From a virus (lineage: Duplodnaviria; Heunggongvirae; Uroviricota; Caudoviricetes): a stretch of DNA of 64,000 nt. Each line of letters begins with the position of its first letter. Position 1 is the first letter of the stretch. The translations under genes and the position numbers were made by a program. Shown here piece after piece: positions 45,228-55,758 of the stretch. The stretch is taken from positions 64,803 through 128,802 of the IMG/VR virus record IMGVR_UViG_3300008262_000042. One strand, written 5' to 3'. The notes under the pieces were generated by a model. It was not told where the DNA came from, did not search any database, and saw nothing but the letters and a program-made list of their open reading frames with translations.

Positions 45228-48200
45228 TTAGTTGTGCTTTACGTTTGACTTTCCATTGATTTTATTAACCTCTACATGTGAATCAACTATGTCTCTCATA
45301 GAATCTATATGTGATATAATTAGTATAAACTTAAATTGAGATTTTAAATAATCAAATAGCATTGCCATAGATGATAAATTAGACTTATCTAGAGCTCCAA
45401 AGCCTTCATCAATCGCGATGAAATTAGGTCTAGGCAATGTAGATATTCCAATTAATGATGTTCTAATAGCTAAAGAAGATATAAATTTCTCCATCCCAGA
45501 CGTTAATTCTAATGGCCAAAAGTGATCTTCACTATATGCGATATAGGCGTTAACGTTCTTATCATCAGTTTGTAATACTATTTTAAAATCTACTAACTGT
45601 GATAGTATGTTATTCACCTCTTCTTCTATTTGAGGTATAGTTATTGCTATTAAGTCATGTGGTATGCCATCTCTATGTACCGCCTCTAAATAATATTGAT
45701 AGTGCTTATATATCTCTTCGTATTTATTTCGTTCTTCTATCTTTTGATGTATAGATCTTATAGTATTTTCTAGTACCTTAACATCTATGCTAGTTTTTGA
45801 TATACAATCATCTATTTGGTTTAAACTATCCTCTACTGTTTTTAAATTTAGTTTGACTATTACTAGTTCGTCATTTATTTTTTGGTTTTGCTGAATAGTT
45901 TTTTCTAATCTTTGTCTTTCTTGTAACTTATCTTCTATTTTTTGTATGCCTTGTTTTATTTTTTCTATTGTATCATTTAAACTTATGGATTCTTTTTGGT
46001 ATATTAAATTATTTTTGTTACAGTTATTTAATTGGTTTATTAGACTAGAATATTCGCTTTTTATCGCTTCATTTTTTTTTGTAGACTCATCTAACTTATC
46101 TTTTAACTGACTTTTAGCTATTAATATTTTACTAAGAGCTAATTCATCCTTCTCTATTTCATCTTTTGTCTTAATAGCGTCCTTAACGAATACATTTTCC
46201 ATGCAATAAACGCAATTAGGATCATACTTTAATTCTTTAAGATTTTCCATTTTTTTACGCTTATGTAACATATCACTTTCCATCTTTTTTACTTCTAAAT
46301 TAAGATTGTGATACTCAGTCATTTGAGCTTTTAATTCTTTTTCATCGCTTTCTATTTTTGTAACATCAATTAAGTCTAAACGTTTTTTTATACTGTCTAA
46401 TTCTTCGTTATTAGTGGTTTGTTTACCTTCATTTATCTTTAATTTTACTAAGGTTGAACTAAGTATAGAATTAGCATCATTTTTTCTATCAATAAGCATA
46501 GTCTCATCTATTAGCGACTCATCAACTAATTGTAATTTTGTTGCTAATTGTAATGCTCTATCTGATAAATTTGTTCTATCTTTTACAAGTTTATTACGTT
46601 CTTTTTGTTTTAAGTCTAATAGCTTTTGCTTTTCTTTAATTTCAGAGTCTGCAATAGTTAATTCCGCTTCATAATCTGTTTTTTGGTGATGTTTAAATAT
46701 AGTTCCTGCTTCTTTTGAACTTTCATTAGCAATACTATATAATTCTTCAAATACGCCTATGTCTAGAAACTGGGAAAGAAGATCTTTCCTGTCTTTTTGA
46801 TTCATATCAATGAAGCCAGAATTACCACTCTGAGTAGATAAAGTAGTCAACACAAAGTCTTCATAGTTGCCAAGAAGATTTTTAATATTATTATTAGTAT
46901 CTGTACGCTCCTTGCCATTTAAAGAAGTCTTATTACCTTCTCTATCTAATTGATAAAAATCTACCTCAACTCTAACATTTCCATTTTTTTGTCTTTTTGC
47001 ATTTCTTTCAATAAAATAATCTATACCATTCAATTCAAAGTTTAATTTACAATAAAAAGAATTACTAGAACTATTCATAACTTGATGTCCTCGAGTAGTC
47101 TTAGTACATTTATCGAATATACAATAGGTTAATGCGTCTAATAGTGTAGATTTACCGCTTGCATTAGGCGCAAATATACCATATGTCCCTTCCATTTTTG
47201 AAAAATCTACATGGTTATCTTTTCCATAACTAAACATGTTTTCAAACTCAAAGAATTTAGGCAACCATAGACTATTTCTAGGTATTTCGTTCTTACTTAG
47301 ACTTTTATTTACTTGATCATTTATAGCATATATTATTGATAGTGATTCTTTACTTAATTTATATTTTTGATTTAGATACTTCTTTAATAATAATTTTTGT
47401 TGATCTACAGATCTAAAATCTACGCCTTTTACTTCATTGGCACTACTACTTCTTGCAGAAAAATCACGTATTGGTTTATAAGATAGTTCTACTATATTAT
47501 GATCTTGCTTTATTTCATTAACAATAGTTTTTATAGTAGATTGATCAGTATTTTTGTATTTTATTCGTAAATACAGATTTTTTTGTAAATTAGTTGGTAA
47601 TTTTTCATATATACCATTATTAATCTCTATCGTATAAAAAGCAGTATCATTAACCACCTCAACAAATTCAGAAGATTTATTGTTTAGGTCCCATATCATA
47701 TATCCATGCACTAAATCTTCACCATGGTTTTGTTGAATAAGTGAACCTGGATATGCTATAGTTTTATTTTCATCTAAGTATTGGTGCTTATGTATATCTC
47801 CTAATAGAGTTAAGTCAAAATCGCTAAACATAGAAGCCTTAATGCTCTCAGATTGTAATATAAAGCCGTCTTCGGTTGTCGAATTATTTACTAATCCATG
47901 AAATAATGCTATGCTGGTGCACGTATCTTCAACTTGTCTTTTAGGGTACTTAGAAATCTCATCAAACACAGACCAATGATAGAATTTAACATCTGCTATT
48001 TGAAGTATACCAGAATTTTTAAAGTATACAAAATTATCATTATCGATTGCATTGACTATTGGCGTTAATGCATCCATTCTATGCGCATTATTTAAGTTAG
48101 CGTCGTGATTACCTGGAATCATTAATACAGGCGCTATCTCGCTTAAATTTTTTAATAGATCTTGCACCTCTTGAAATAGTTCAGGACTAACATCAGTTTT

Positions 48201-48392
48201 TGAGTGCACAATATCTCCAGTCAAACAAATAAGATCATTCTCTTTAATCGTTTCTCTTAGTTGATTGTACAAAGTATGAAATACTCGTCTATATTCATCA
48301 TGTCTTTTGTAATTTCTTACATGTATATCAGATATATGAATGATTCTATCTAATTTACTAATCTTTAATTTACATTTTTTTACTTTACTCAT
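45228..48392 (-). CDS. Fused Mre11/SbcD (gp47) - Rad50/SbcC (gp46) recombination nuclease
   Basis: HISDIH, GDIVH, PGNHD, HG, LGDIHK, YPGS; NASGKST (Walker A), CVYC zinc hook, LTSGMEK signature, IDEGFGALD, ISH. Confidence 0.92.
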   Translation of the reverse strand: MSKVKKCKLKISKLDRIIHISDIHVRNYKRHDEYRRVFHTLYNQLRETIKENDLICLTGDIVHSKTDVSPELFQEVQDLLKNLSEIAPVLMIPGNHDANLNNAHRMDALTPIVNAIDNDNFVYFKNSGILQIADVKFYHWSVFDEISKYPKRQVEDTCTSIALFHGLVNNSTTEDGFILQSESIKASMFSDFDLTLLGDIHKHQYLDENKTIAYPGSLIQQNHGEDLVHGYMIWDLNNKSSEFVEVVNDTAFYTIEINNGIYEKLPTNLQKNLYLRIKYKNTDQSTIKTIVNEIKQDHNIVELSYKPIRDFSARSSSANEVKGVDFRSVDQQKLLLKKYLNQKYKLSKESLSIIYAINDQVNKSLSKNEIPRNSLWLPKFFEFENMFSYGKDNHVDFSKMEGTYGIFAPNASGKSTLLDALTYCIFDKCTKTTRGHQVMNSSSNSFYCKLNFELNGIDYFIERNAKRQKNGNVRVEVDFYQLDREGNKTSLNGKERTDTNNNIKNLLGNYEDFVLTTLSTQSGNSGFIDMNQKDRKDLLSQFLDIGVFEELYSIANESSKEAGTIFKHHQKTDYEAELTIADSEIKEKQKLLDLKQKERNKLVKDRTNLSDRALQLATKLQLVDESLIDETMLIDRKNDANSILSSTLVKLKINEGKQTTNNEELDSIKKRLDLIDVTKIESDEKELKAQMTEYHNLNLEVKKMESDMLHKRKKMENLKELKYDPNCVYCMENVFVKDAIKTKDEIEKDELALSKILIAKSQLKDKLDESTKKNEAIKSEYSSLINQLNNCNKNNLIYQKESISLNDTIEKIKQGIQKIEDKLQERQRLEKTIQQNQKINDELVIVKLNLKTVEDSLNQIDDCISKTSIDVKVLENTIRSIHQKIEERNKYEEIYKHYQYYLEAVHRDGIPHDLIAITIPQIEEEVNNILSQLVDFKIVLQTDDKNVNAYIAYSEDHFWPLELTSGMEKFISSLAIRTSLIGISTLPRPNFIAIDEGFGALDKSNLSSMAMLFDYLKSQFKFILIISHIDSMRDIVDSHVEVNKINGKSNVKHN

Positions 48393-49375
48393 GCTCTAGC
48401 TATTATCATTTGCATTTTTTTAAAAAATAGGTCTTCGGATTTTATAGGTTTTGCTTTTTGTAATATTTTAATCATACCATTAAATCCAATCTTCGAAGGA
48501 TCTTTTTCTTCTAAGTTTATGTGATACACATCTTTTCCATAATTGATAAGAGTCTCTACATATTCCATAGATTTTTTAAGTGCATCATTATCCAATACTA
48601 CATAAATAGTTTTTACTTTAGATTCTACTAATTTTTTCATTAACGCCTTAGATATTGTCTTACCAAATAATGGTATAGCGTTTCTTTTTATCGCTATAGC
48701 ATCGAAAGCGCCTTCACATAATACGATTGGTACATCCCAATTAATATAGTATTCAAATCCAATCAATGAATTCTTATCTACACTACAAGCGTCATGTGCT
48801 GACTTAGCTAATTTATCTATAGATCTTGCTACAAAATAATTTAAACGACCATCTAAATCGTATGAAGGTATGATGACCTTATTAGCAAATTTTCCAGTTT
48901 CACAATAACCTATATTGTACTTAATAATATCTAATTTTGACAAACCTCTATCATTTATTAAGTAATTTACTACCTTTTTTTCTAGTAGAGACTTACCTGG
49001 AATATTAATGCTCTTATATTCAATTGGTAGTGCAGCTACTCTAGTCTCTTCTTTCTCATTAAGATCAAACTTCTTTATATTATAATAAGACCTAATCTCT
49101 TTTATAGCTTCTTTTGAAGCATTTGCCTTCTTTAATAAAGAGTCTGGCTTTGTTCCTTTCGTTGCAGGCTCACACGTCCAACAGTTATACTTTCCAGTCT
49201 TAATATTGACAACTAATTTAGGCTTTTTATGATTACAAAATGGACAATGGAATATATAATTATCTTTTTTATCGCGTTTTGCCTTACCAAAACTGTTTTC
49301 TAATACGCCTAATACTAGTTGTTGCGTTGTTTTATCAGAAATGTCAGTATTTATTTTTAGATTTTGTCTAGTCAT
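48389..49375 (-). CDS. DNA primase (Zn-finger + TOPRIM)
   Basis: FHCPFC.H...YNCWTC; LCEGAFDAIA; VVLDND; EKDPS. Confidence 0.85.
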   Translation of the reverse strand: MTRQNLKINTDISDKTTQQLVLGVLENSFGKAKRDKKDNYIFHCPFCNHKKPKLVVNIKTGKYNCWTCEPATKGTKPDSLLKKANASKEAIKEIRSYYNIKKFDLNEKEETRVAALPIEYKSINIPGKSLLEKKVVNYLINDRGLSKLDIIKYNIGYCETGKFANKVIIPSYDLDGRLNYFVARSIDKLAKSAHDACSVDKNSLIGFEYYINWDVPIVLCEGAFDAIAIKRNAIPLFGKTISKALMKKLVESKVKTIYVVLDNDALKKSMEYVETLINYGKDVYHINLEEKDPSKIGFNGMIKILQKAKPIKSEDLFFKKMQMIIARA

Positions 49376-49383
49376 AAGTACTA

Positions 49384-49470
49384 CTAATATAATACAGTAT
49401 TGTTTAATAAAAAAAATTAAAAATATTGTGAAATTAATTTTTTTATATCAATATTATTTGTTATATTAGC
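49384..49470. promoter_or_regulatory. Divergent sigma70-type (early/middle) promoter candidates
   Basis: TATTATATTAG on the minus strand (49384-95) upstream of primase; TGTTATATTAG on the plus strand (49459-69); strand-switch region. Confidence 0.5.
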
Positions 49471-49489
49471 TGTATTAATGTTTTGATTT

Positions 49490-49720
49490 AAGCTCTATAC
49501 CGTAGCTTGGTGAAATTCCATGAGCGAGTTTTTAGATTAAATGGCAACAAAACTACCAGGTGTCTTAATAATATAGCGTCAGGTATATAAATAGATATAA
49601 GTTATAAAACCTAGTTTAATATCGGATAGGAGCCGACGGATAAAACCGCTAAGGGGAACTAGAAATAAAACAAATATTAAAACGGAAAAAAACACAACCC
49701 TTTAAAGCGGGAAGTGCTTA
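49490..49720 (+). ncRNA. Candidate structured non-coding element
   Basis: No start-to-stop ORF of useful length seen; GC-richer than the flanks; tandem CGGATA..CCG hairpins; CCGCT-AAGGG pairs with CCCTT-taa-AGCGG. Confidence 0.3.
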
Positions 49721-49735
49721 TAGAAAAAAAGCTAT

Positions 49736-49903
49736 ATGAATATTGATGAACTAAAAAGTAATTTAAAAGAAGAAGACATAATAATGTTATATTACTACAT
49801 AAGTGAAAATGAAGATGATTTTTCACCTGAAGAGAAAGTAGCATTATTTAATTTATTGTCTGAATTAGATCAAAAACTATTAGATGAAGATGGAGAAGAG
49901 TAA
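49736..49903 (+). CDS. Small acidic protein (55 aa)
   Basis: Manual translation MNIDELKSNLKEEDIIMLYYYISENEDDFSPEEKVALFNLLSELDQKLLDEDGEE; A-rich leader. Confidence 0.6.
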   Translation: MNIDELKSNLKEEDIIMLYYYISENEDDFSPEEKVALFNLLSELDQKLLDEDGEE

Positions 49904-50255
49904 TATTATATTGTACGCATTATCTGCTTGTTCTAAATGTAAAGCTATGGTTGAGTACTTAAATGAGGCTGGAATAGATCATAGATTAATCTTATGTGAA
50001 GATAGCAGCTATAAATGCGATGAAGTTGAAAAAACAACAAATTGCTATATGTACCCTATGATAGACGTTGTAAAAAAGAAATATGTTGATCGTGGAGGCT
50101 TTGGTGTATACATAGATGATCACACTATACTATACTTAGCTTCTAATTATGAAGAGGATTCTAAAAAAATTAAATTATCACAAAATTATACAGGTATTCC
50201 AGTATTAACTCTAACTGAGATGTTAGAAAAATTAAAAAAAGAAATAAAAAAATGA
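49884..50255 (+). CDS. Glutaredoxin-like protein
   Basis: ILYALSACSKCKAM (CxxC)...YPMI cis-Pro motif; start may be 49890. Confidence 0.75.
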   Translation: MKMEKSNIILYALSACSKCKAMVEYLNEAGIDHRLILCEDSSYKCDEVEKTTNCYMYPMIDVVKKKYVDRGGFGVYIDDHTILYLASNYEEDSKKIKLSQNYTGIPVLTLTEMLEKLKKEIKK

Positions 50256-50431
50256 GGTACAAACAACTAATCCAAAAGAAATTGGAAGAATTAAAAAATC
50301 AAATCCATTCTCAATCATCTAGCATCTCTCAATTGAGATCTCCAGAAGAACTTAAGTTTCAACTAGAAAGAATGCTAGAAAAGATACATGAAGTGCAAGT
50401 ATTAATTAACACAGAACAAGACAGCATTTAA
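50252..50431 (+). CDS. Small coiled-coil protein (59 aa)
   Basis: Manual translation MRYKQLIQKKLEELKNQIHSQSSSISQLRSPEELKFQLERMLEKIHEVQVLINTEQDSI; ATGA overlap with the previous gene. Confidence 0.7.
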   Translation: MRYKQLIQKKLEELKNQIHSQSSSISQLRSPEELKFQLERMLEKIHEVQVLINTEQDSI

Positions 50432-50448
50432 TAATTAAAATATAAGTT

Positions 50449-51099
50449 ATGGCAACATTTAAAATGAAATCTCTAACTGAAGATGAGATTAGATCAAATT
50501 TAGAAAGGTTTTACGAGCTAATTGACAAATATATAAGCTCTCCAAGAAAAGAAAAACTAACTCAGTTCTATAACTCCATAGAATTAACATTAGCAACTAG
50601 TCCAGCCTCAAGCAAAATCTCTCATCATAATTGTTTTGCTGGTGGATATGTAGATCATGTTATTAGAGTTACTGAAGCAGCTTTAGTTTTTGATAAAGTA
50701 TGGGATAGATTTAATCAGCAAAAAGACTATACAACTGAAGAACTTGTATTCTCTGCTATTAACCATGATTTAGGCAAACTTGGAACTAATGATCAGCCTT
50801 TCTATCAACCAAATGATGAAACTTGGCAAATAGAAAAACAAGGTACTTTTTATAAATATAATAAGAGCATACCTCATATGAGAATAGCTGATCGTAGTTT
50901 ATACGCATTACAAGAAGCTGGCATTGCGGTTAATGAAACAGAGTTTTTAGCTATTAAATTGCATGATGGCTTATATGAAGAAGCGAACAAACCTTACTAT
51001 ATCACTTACAGTAGCGATTTTGAAATTAAAACAAACCTAGTTTATATACTGCATCAAGCAGATCTTATGGCTAGTAGAGTAGAAAAACAAATAAAATAA
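50449..51099 (+). CDS. HD-domain phosphohydrolase
   Basis: HHNCFAGGYVDHV, AINHDLGK, IKLHDG, LHQAD. Confidence 0.85.
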   Translation: MATFKMKSLTEDEIRSNLERFYELIDKYISSPRKEKLTQFYNSIELTLATSPASSKISHHNCFAGGYVDHVIRVTEAALVFDKVWDRFNQQKDYTTEELVFSAINHDLGKLGTNDQPFYQPNDETWQIEKQGTFYKYNKSIPHMRIADRSLYALQEAGIAVNETEFLAIKLHDGLYEEANKPYYITYSSDFEIKTNLVYILHQADLMASRVEKQIK

Positions 51100-51103
51100 A
51101 AAA

Positions 51104-51373
51104 ATGGAATATATCATAGCATCAGTAGCATTATGGATAATCTCAATTGTAGGGTACGTTATCTACAACTTATACAATAAAAATGTAAAGTTGGAAAACA
51201 TGCTAATTAAACAAGCAGAATTCACATTAGAAATGAAAGCTAACTTAAAAAGATTTAGTGAGTTAGTTAACAAAATAGACTCTAAAATTTGGATTCAATC
51301 CGATCCTGAGTTCATTGAACTATTTGAGAATATAAAAGAAATGCAACAATTAGCGCAACAATACGAAGATTAA
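51104..51373 (+). CDS. Membrane-anchored coiled-coil protein
   Basis: N-terminal TM helix then YNLYNKNVKLE coiled coil. Confidence 0.6.
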   Translation: MEYIIASVALWIISIVGYVIYNLYNKNVKLENMLIKQAEFTLEMKANLKRFSELVNKIDSKIWIQSDPEFIELFENIKEMQQLAQQYED

Positions 51374-51374
51374 T

Positions 51375-52145
51375 ATGGAAGGATCATTAGAGACTATAGA
51401 CGATAGCTTATTGCTCACAAAAAAAGGGCAAATACGTAAAAGAAAACCAAAGAAGAGTAATGATTATTTTACAGAAGAAACTCAAGCAGCTATATTAGTA
51501 TTTCGAGCTAGTAAAAACCAAGATGAAAGGGACAAATTATATAGAGAGAAAATACACTATGCTTTTTATAAGTTAGTTGAAAATATCATACATACATTTA
51601 AGTTTTACTATCTTGATTCTGAGTCTATTGAGGACTTAAAATACGAAGTTATATCTTTTTTATTACAAAAAATAGATTTATATAACGAAGATAAAGGTAA
51701 AGCATATTCTTACTTTGGCACGATAGTTAAAAGATACTTAATAGTTTATAATAAAAAGAATTATTCTAATAAAGTAGCAAAAGTAGAAGTAGAAGAGATT
51801 GATAATGAAAACAAAACAATTGATTCTCTTATTTATGAAGACTTTAGTTCAGAAATAGATACACAAAAAGTTGTAGATGAGTTTATAAATTATGTAGATA
51901 CTAATATGTTCGAACTCTTTAGTTCAGAAAATGATCTTAAAGTCGCAGTTTCTATAGTAGATCTATTTCAAAAAACAAAAGATGTTGATGAATTTAGTAA
52001 ACTACTTATAAATAAAAAATTAATATACATCTACATTAAAGAAATGGTTGATGTGCCTACAAATTCTATAACAAAAGTCATTAAGAGATTAAAGACTATA
52101 TATAAGCAAGTATTACAAGATCATATTAAAAAAATGTATTACTAG
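51375..52145 (+). CDS. gp55: Phage sigma factor, gp55-like late sigma
   Basis: NDYFTEET..AI; AFYKLVENII; KGKAYSYFGTIVKRYLI resembles the gp55 region 2 pattern (AF.YFT.I). Confidence 0.7.
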   Translation: MEGSLETIDDSLLLTKKGQIRKRKPKKSNDYFTEETQAAILVFRASKNQDERDKLYREKIHYAFYKLVENIIHTFKFYYLDSESIEDLKYEVISFLLQKIDLYNEDKGKAYSYFGTIVKRYLIVYNKKNYSNKVAKVEVEEIDNENKTIDSLIYEDFSSEIDTQKVVDEFINYVDTNMFELFSSENDLKVAVSIVDLFQKTKDVDEFSKLLINKKLIYIYIKEMVDVPTNSITKVIKRLKTIYKQVLQDHIKKMYY

Positions 52146-52163
52146 ATATTTATATAAAAAGCT

Positions 52164-52523
52164 ATGGAATTAGAAAAAATAGTGTTTGCTGATAAAAAAA
52201 TTTCTGATATTATAGAAGACGTGTATAATAAACAGAAAGATCAAGAGCAAGCAATTAAACAAGAAGTTGAACGTTTATCTTCTTTTATAGAAGGAGCTGG
52301 TGATGCTATTGTTATTATTCCTCATATAAAAGAGCTTTTTGATACTAATGTAAAAAATAATGATGTTCTTTTAAAGATATTACAATTATTTAAACAAAAT
52401 TCTGAAGCTAAAAAAGCAAGCGATCAAGATTCAGATTTACTATCTGAAAAAGATATACAGCAATTATTCGAAGAAGTATCATCAATAAATGTGCCTGTAA
52501 ATCAAAAAAAATTACCTGAATAA
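52164..52523 (+). CDS. Hypothetical helical protein
   Basis: 119 aa, preceded by the ATATTTAT motif. Confidence 0.65.
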   Translation: MELEKIVFADKKISDIIEDVYNKQKDQEQAIKQEVERLSSFIEGAGDAIVIIPHIKELFDTNVKNNDVLLKILQLFKQNSEAKKASDQDSDLLSEKDIQQLFEEVSSINVPVNQKKLPE

Positions 52524-53431
52524 TGGCTCAATACTATTATGGACAAAGTTCTAATCCTCAATCAGGGAAAAGCAAAGGTTCAGGCTTTATAATAGGTCGT
52601 GTTAAGAGCATTGTTTTAAGTAAAAATAAGTATGATGGTACTCCTAATGAAGAGTATAAAAACCCAAAAGATTTAGGAAAAATAACCTATGAAATATTAT
52701 ACACTAATATAAGTGTAGGTAAATCAAACGTAGCATTTGAATCAGCGTATCCTATATTTAGTTTTATTAGACAATATCCATTAATTTCAGAGATAGTATA
52801 TATAGTTCCAGGTCCTAGCTCAAATCTAAATGAATCTTTAGATAGACAAGAATATTATTACTTTCCTCCTTATTCTATTTGGAACTCTTTAAATCATAAT
52901 GCTTTTCCTAATATGGAAGAGTATGCAGAAACTTTAAGAGAACTTTATAATAGTGATGAATATAGTAATAAGTTAAGAGATGCTGCAGATTTTCCTAGTT
53001 TACCAGTTGGTATCACATTTAGCGAAAATACTAACATTAGAAGTTTAAAACCATTTGAAGGAGATACTATAATTGAATCTAGATTTGGTCAATCCATAAG
53101 ATTTAGCAGTACTATATTGGCTTCTAAAACTCAGAATCCATGGTCTAATTCAGGAGCTCCTGGTTCTCCAATAACCATAATCAGAAATGGTCAAGGTCAA
53201 CAAAAAAGTAAAGATTACTTTGAACAAACAGTAGAAGATATTAATGTTGATGATTCTACAATATGGATGACATCGGGTCAAGAAATAAATATAAAAGATA
53301 TATCAAGTTTTCCATTAAAGTCATTTGGTATAACTGCTATAGAATCTAAATCTGTAATTAAAAAATATAGTGTTGCAACTAGCAATAGTGCGACTAGTGC
53401 TGCTTCTCAAGATATTGCTAATTTAAAATAA
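52523..53431 (+). CDS. Baseplate hub/spike N-terminal OB-fold protein (gp5-like)
   Basis: IGRV..IVL...AYP.F..IRQYPLISEIV; PFEGD.IIESRFGQSIRF..IIRNGQ...EDIN.D.S.IWMTS. Confidence 0.55.
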   Translation: MAQYYYGQSSNPQSGKSKGSGFIIGRVKSIVLSKNKYDGTPNEEYKNPKDLGKITYEILYTNISVGKSNVAFESAYPIFSFIRQYPLISEIVYIVPGPSSNLNESLDRQEYYYFPPYSIWNSLNHNAFPNMEEYAETLRELYNSDEYSNKLRDAADFPSLPVGITFSENTNIRSLKPFEGDTIIESRFGQSIRFSSTILASKTQNPWSNSGAPGSPITIIRNGQGQQKSKDYFEQTVEDINVDDSTIWMTSGQEINIKDISSFPLKSFGITAIESKSVIKKYSVATSNSATSAASQDIANLK

Positions 53432-53440
53432 TATTTAATA

Positions 53441-53881
53441 ATGGATTATAAACCTAAATTTCCATATGATGGTAAACAAGTAATAGTAGCTTCTGATAGA
53501 GTACACTTACTAGCAAAAACAGATTCTGTATTTTTATTTGCAAAACAATCAGTTAGTTTATCGTCAACAAATACTGTAAATTTAGATGCATCTAATGGTA
53601 TTATATTACAATCTCCAAGTGTTAAGTTAGGTGATGTTAATGCTAAAGAAAGAGTTATTTTAGGAGATACATTTGTAAAAGAGTTAAAAGAGTTTTTATC
53701 GTCTTTAATAGCAGCTAGTGATTTTTTAATGAAGGTTTCAGCTGGAGCGACAGCACCTACTAAAGAATTAGGTTCTAGTATGACGTATATAGCTTTATTT
53801 GGTAAAAATGTCAATATAAATGCTACTAATTTAAAAGAAAGACTTGATTCTACTCTATCAAATATAACACGTACCGCGTAA
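53441..53881 (+). CDS. Baseplate spike C-terminal-like protein
   Basis: YDGKQVIV.SDRV.L.AK.DS..L.AK..V.LS...I.L.SP.V.LG..A.E.VILGD beta-repeat pattern. Confidence 0.55.
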   Translation: MDYKPKFPYDGKQVIVASDRVHLLAKTDSVFLFAKQSVSLSSTNTVNLDASNGIILQSPSVKLGDVNAKERVILGDTFVKELKEFLSSLIAASDFLMKVSAGATAPTKELGSSMTYIALFGKNVNINATNLKERLDSTLSNITRTA

Positions 53882-55758
53882 TGTCATTAAAAGAAACATA
53901 CTCAAATAGTTTAAAATCATATTTTAAAAGTGACGCTAAAGGATTAGAAGGCTTGATTCTAAAAAGCTGTCTTACTGTTATGGATCTTAGTGAAGGTATG
54001 AACACTATTTTTTATGGAAAACCTTTAACTAGTGCTAGCTTTGCTAAAAATACTAGTAGACCTAAAAACCCATTAGACTTAGGAATAATACCTATCTTAG
54101 ATAAAATAGTGTCTGTAAATTACTGCGATATAGTTAATTATGCAATAAGTAATATACCTGTTGCGTCTAGTTTTGATCCAAATAAAAAACCTACAGACAC
54201 ATTTGGACTTGTTAAATGGAATTTTCAAAATACCGCATTTACTGTACAAACAGAAATAGATAAGTACTATAGAAATTATACAGATCCCAATAATCCAGAA
54301 AGTAAAAACGCTCTATTTAATTTAGTGAATGATGTTAAACATAATTTTTCAACGTTTACAAATAAAATTAAAAAAGACATAGATAGTCAATCATCGACTA
54401 CTCCACAAATTCCCGGAGATATTGCAACACTTGCAAATATTGCTACCCCTGAACAGTCTATTGATTTACTTATTACTACATTTCCAGTATTAAAAAAAGT
54501 TGGTAGCTACGTAAATGATAAAATTAGTTCATATGAAAAATTTACTGACTATAGACAAATACCTAGTAGTGATTTACAAAAAATCATAAATAGCGTAGAT
54601 AAAATACGAGAATATTGTGTATTAATACAAGCGCTTAATACACCAGCATCAGTAACAGCTGCATTAGGTGCACTTGGAGTAGGAAACGCTCTTAACGAAT
54701 CTATAAAAAGGATTCAAGATATAATAAATCCAGCTCAAGCTATACCAACATTAAAAAAAATAGTGAATGCGTGTGTAAAGATACAAAGAATTTGTACAAA
54801 TATATCTACTATAATAAGATTTGGTCAATTAATTATAACATTAGCTACTACTTTAGTAAAAGTATTTAAAGCGATAATAACATTTTTTAAGGTTAGTCCA
54901 ATCCCAAACTTATATACAACTAGTGGTATAACAACAACGTTTTCTACAATAACAGAAAAGTTAGAAAAACAAGGTGTAAATGGATTTATAACTAGATTAA
55001 ATCAAGTAAATATACTTTTAGGTTTAATAGTAAATTTATTAAATACGTTAATACCTATTCTAAATGATGTTATTGCTAAGTTAAACCTATTAATAGCTAA
55101 TTTACAAGCATGTAATAGTCTTAATACATTAGACGAGACGGGTATAATCAATCAATTACAAAAAGTATCTAGCGATTTAAAATCTACTGTAGATTCATTT
55201 AATAAGTTTTTAGAAAATAAACAAACTAATGATAAAGTAAAATCAAGAAATAATCAATTTGGAGAATATACTATTAGCATAATAGAAGAAGAAGTTGTTG
55301 ATGAAACGTTTACGCTTAGAAGAAGATACGGTGTTGCTTTAGATAATAGAGGGATAAAAATACTGCAATCAACTCCTACATTTGCTTCTGATGACAATAT
55401 TATACTACAAGAAGTAAAACAACTATTATCAGCAAAAAATTTAGTAAAAGCAAAAATAAACGTATATTCGTTAGAAGAAGAGGATGCTATTAATGAGTCT
55501 ACTGCATATCTGTATGATGATAGTATTAATTGGGATAATATAGAAGTAGGTGGTTATTCATTAGATTCACCAAATAGTAATACAGAGAGTGATGATAATC
55601 TAGGTCTAAATGCATTCTTAAATAGTATTAAAGGTAGCAATAGACTTAGACGTAGAATGAGAAAAATGATGGAAAAAAATAAAAATAACTTACAATCTAA
55701 CTTAAGTTCGACAGATCCATCAGGAAGATTATCAAATAATATCGCTAGTAGAGTATAA
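53881..55758 (+). CDS. Large helical protein in baseplate cluster
   Basis: 625 aa, amphipathic/hydrophobic helices, RRYGVALD..G motif; function unknown. Confidence 0.55.
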   Translation: MSLKETYSNSLKSYFKSDAKGLEGLILKSCLTVMDLSEGMNTIFYGKPLTSASFAKNTSRPKNPLDLGIIPILDKIVSVNYCDIVNYAISNIPVASSFDPNKKPTDTFGLVKWNFQNTAFTVQTEIDKYYRNYTDPNNPESKNALFNLVNDVKHNFSTFTNKIKKDIDSQSSTTPQIPGDIATLANIATPEQSIDLLITTFPVLKKVGSYVNDKISSYEKFTDYRQIPSSDLQKIINSVDKIREYCVLIQALNTPASVTAALGALGVGNALNESIKRIQDIINPAQAIPTLKKIVNACVKIQRICTNISTIIRFGQLIITLATTLVKVFKAIITFFKVSPIPNLYTTSGITTTFSTITEKLEKQGVNGFITRLNQVNILLGLIVNLLNTLIPILNDVIAKLNLLIANLQACNSLNTLDETGIINQLQKVSSDLKSTVDSFNKFLENKQTNDKVKSRNNQFGEYTISIIEEEVVDETFTLRRRYGVALDNRGIKILQSTPTFASDDNIILQEVKQLLSAKNLVKAKINVYSLEEEDAINESTAYLYDDSINWDNIEVGGYSLDSPNSNTESDDNLGLNAFLNSIKGSNRLRRRMRKMMEKNKNNLQSNLSSTDPSGRLSNNIASRV

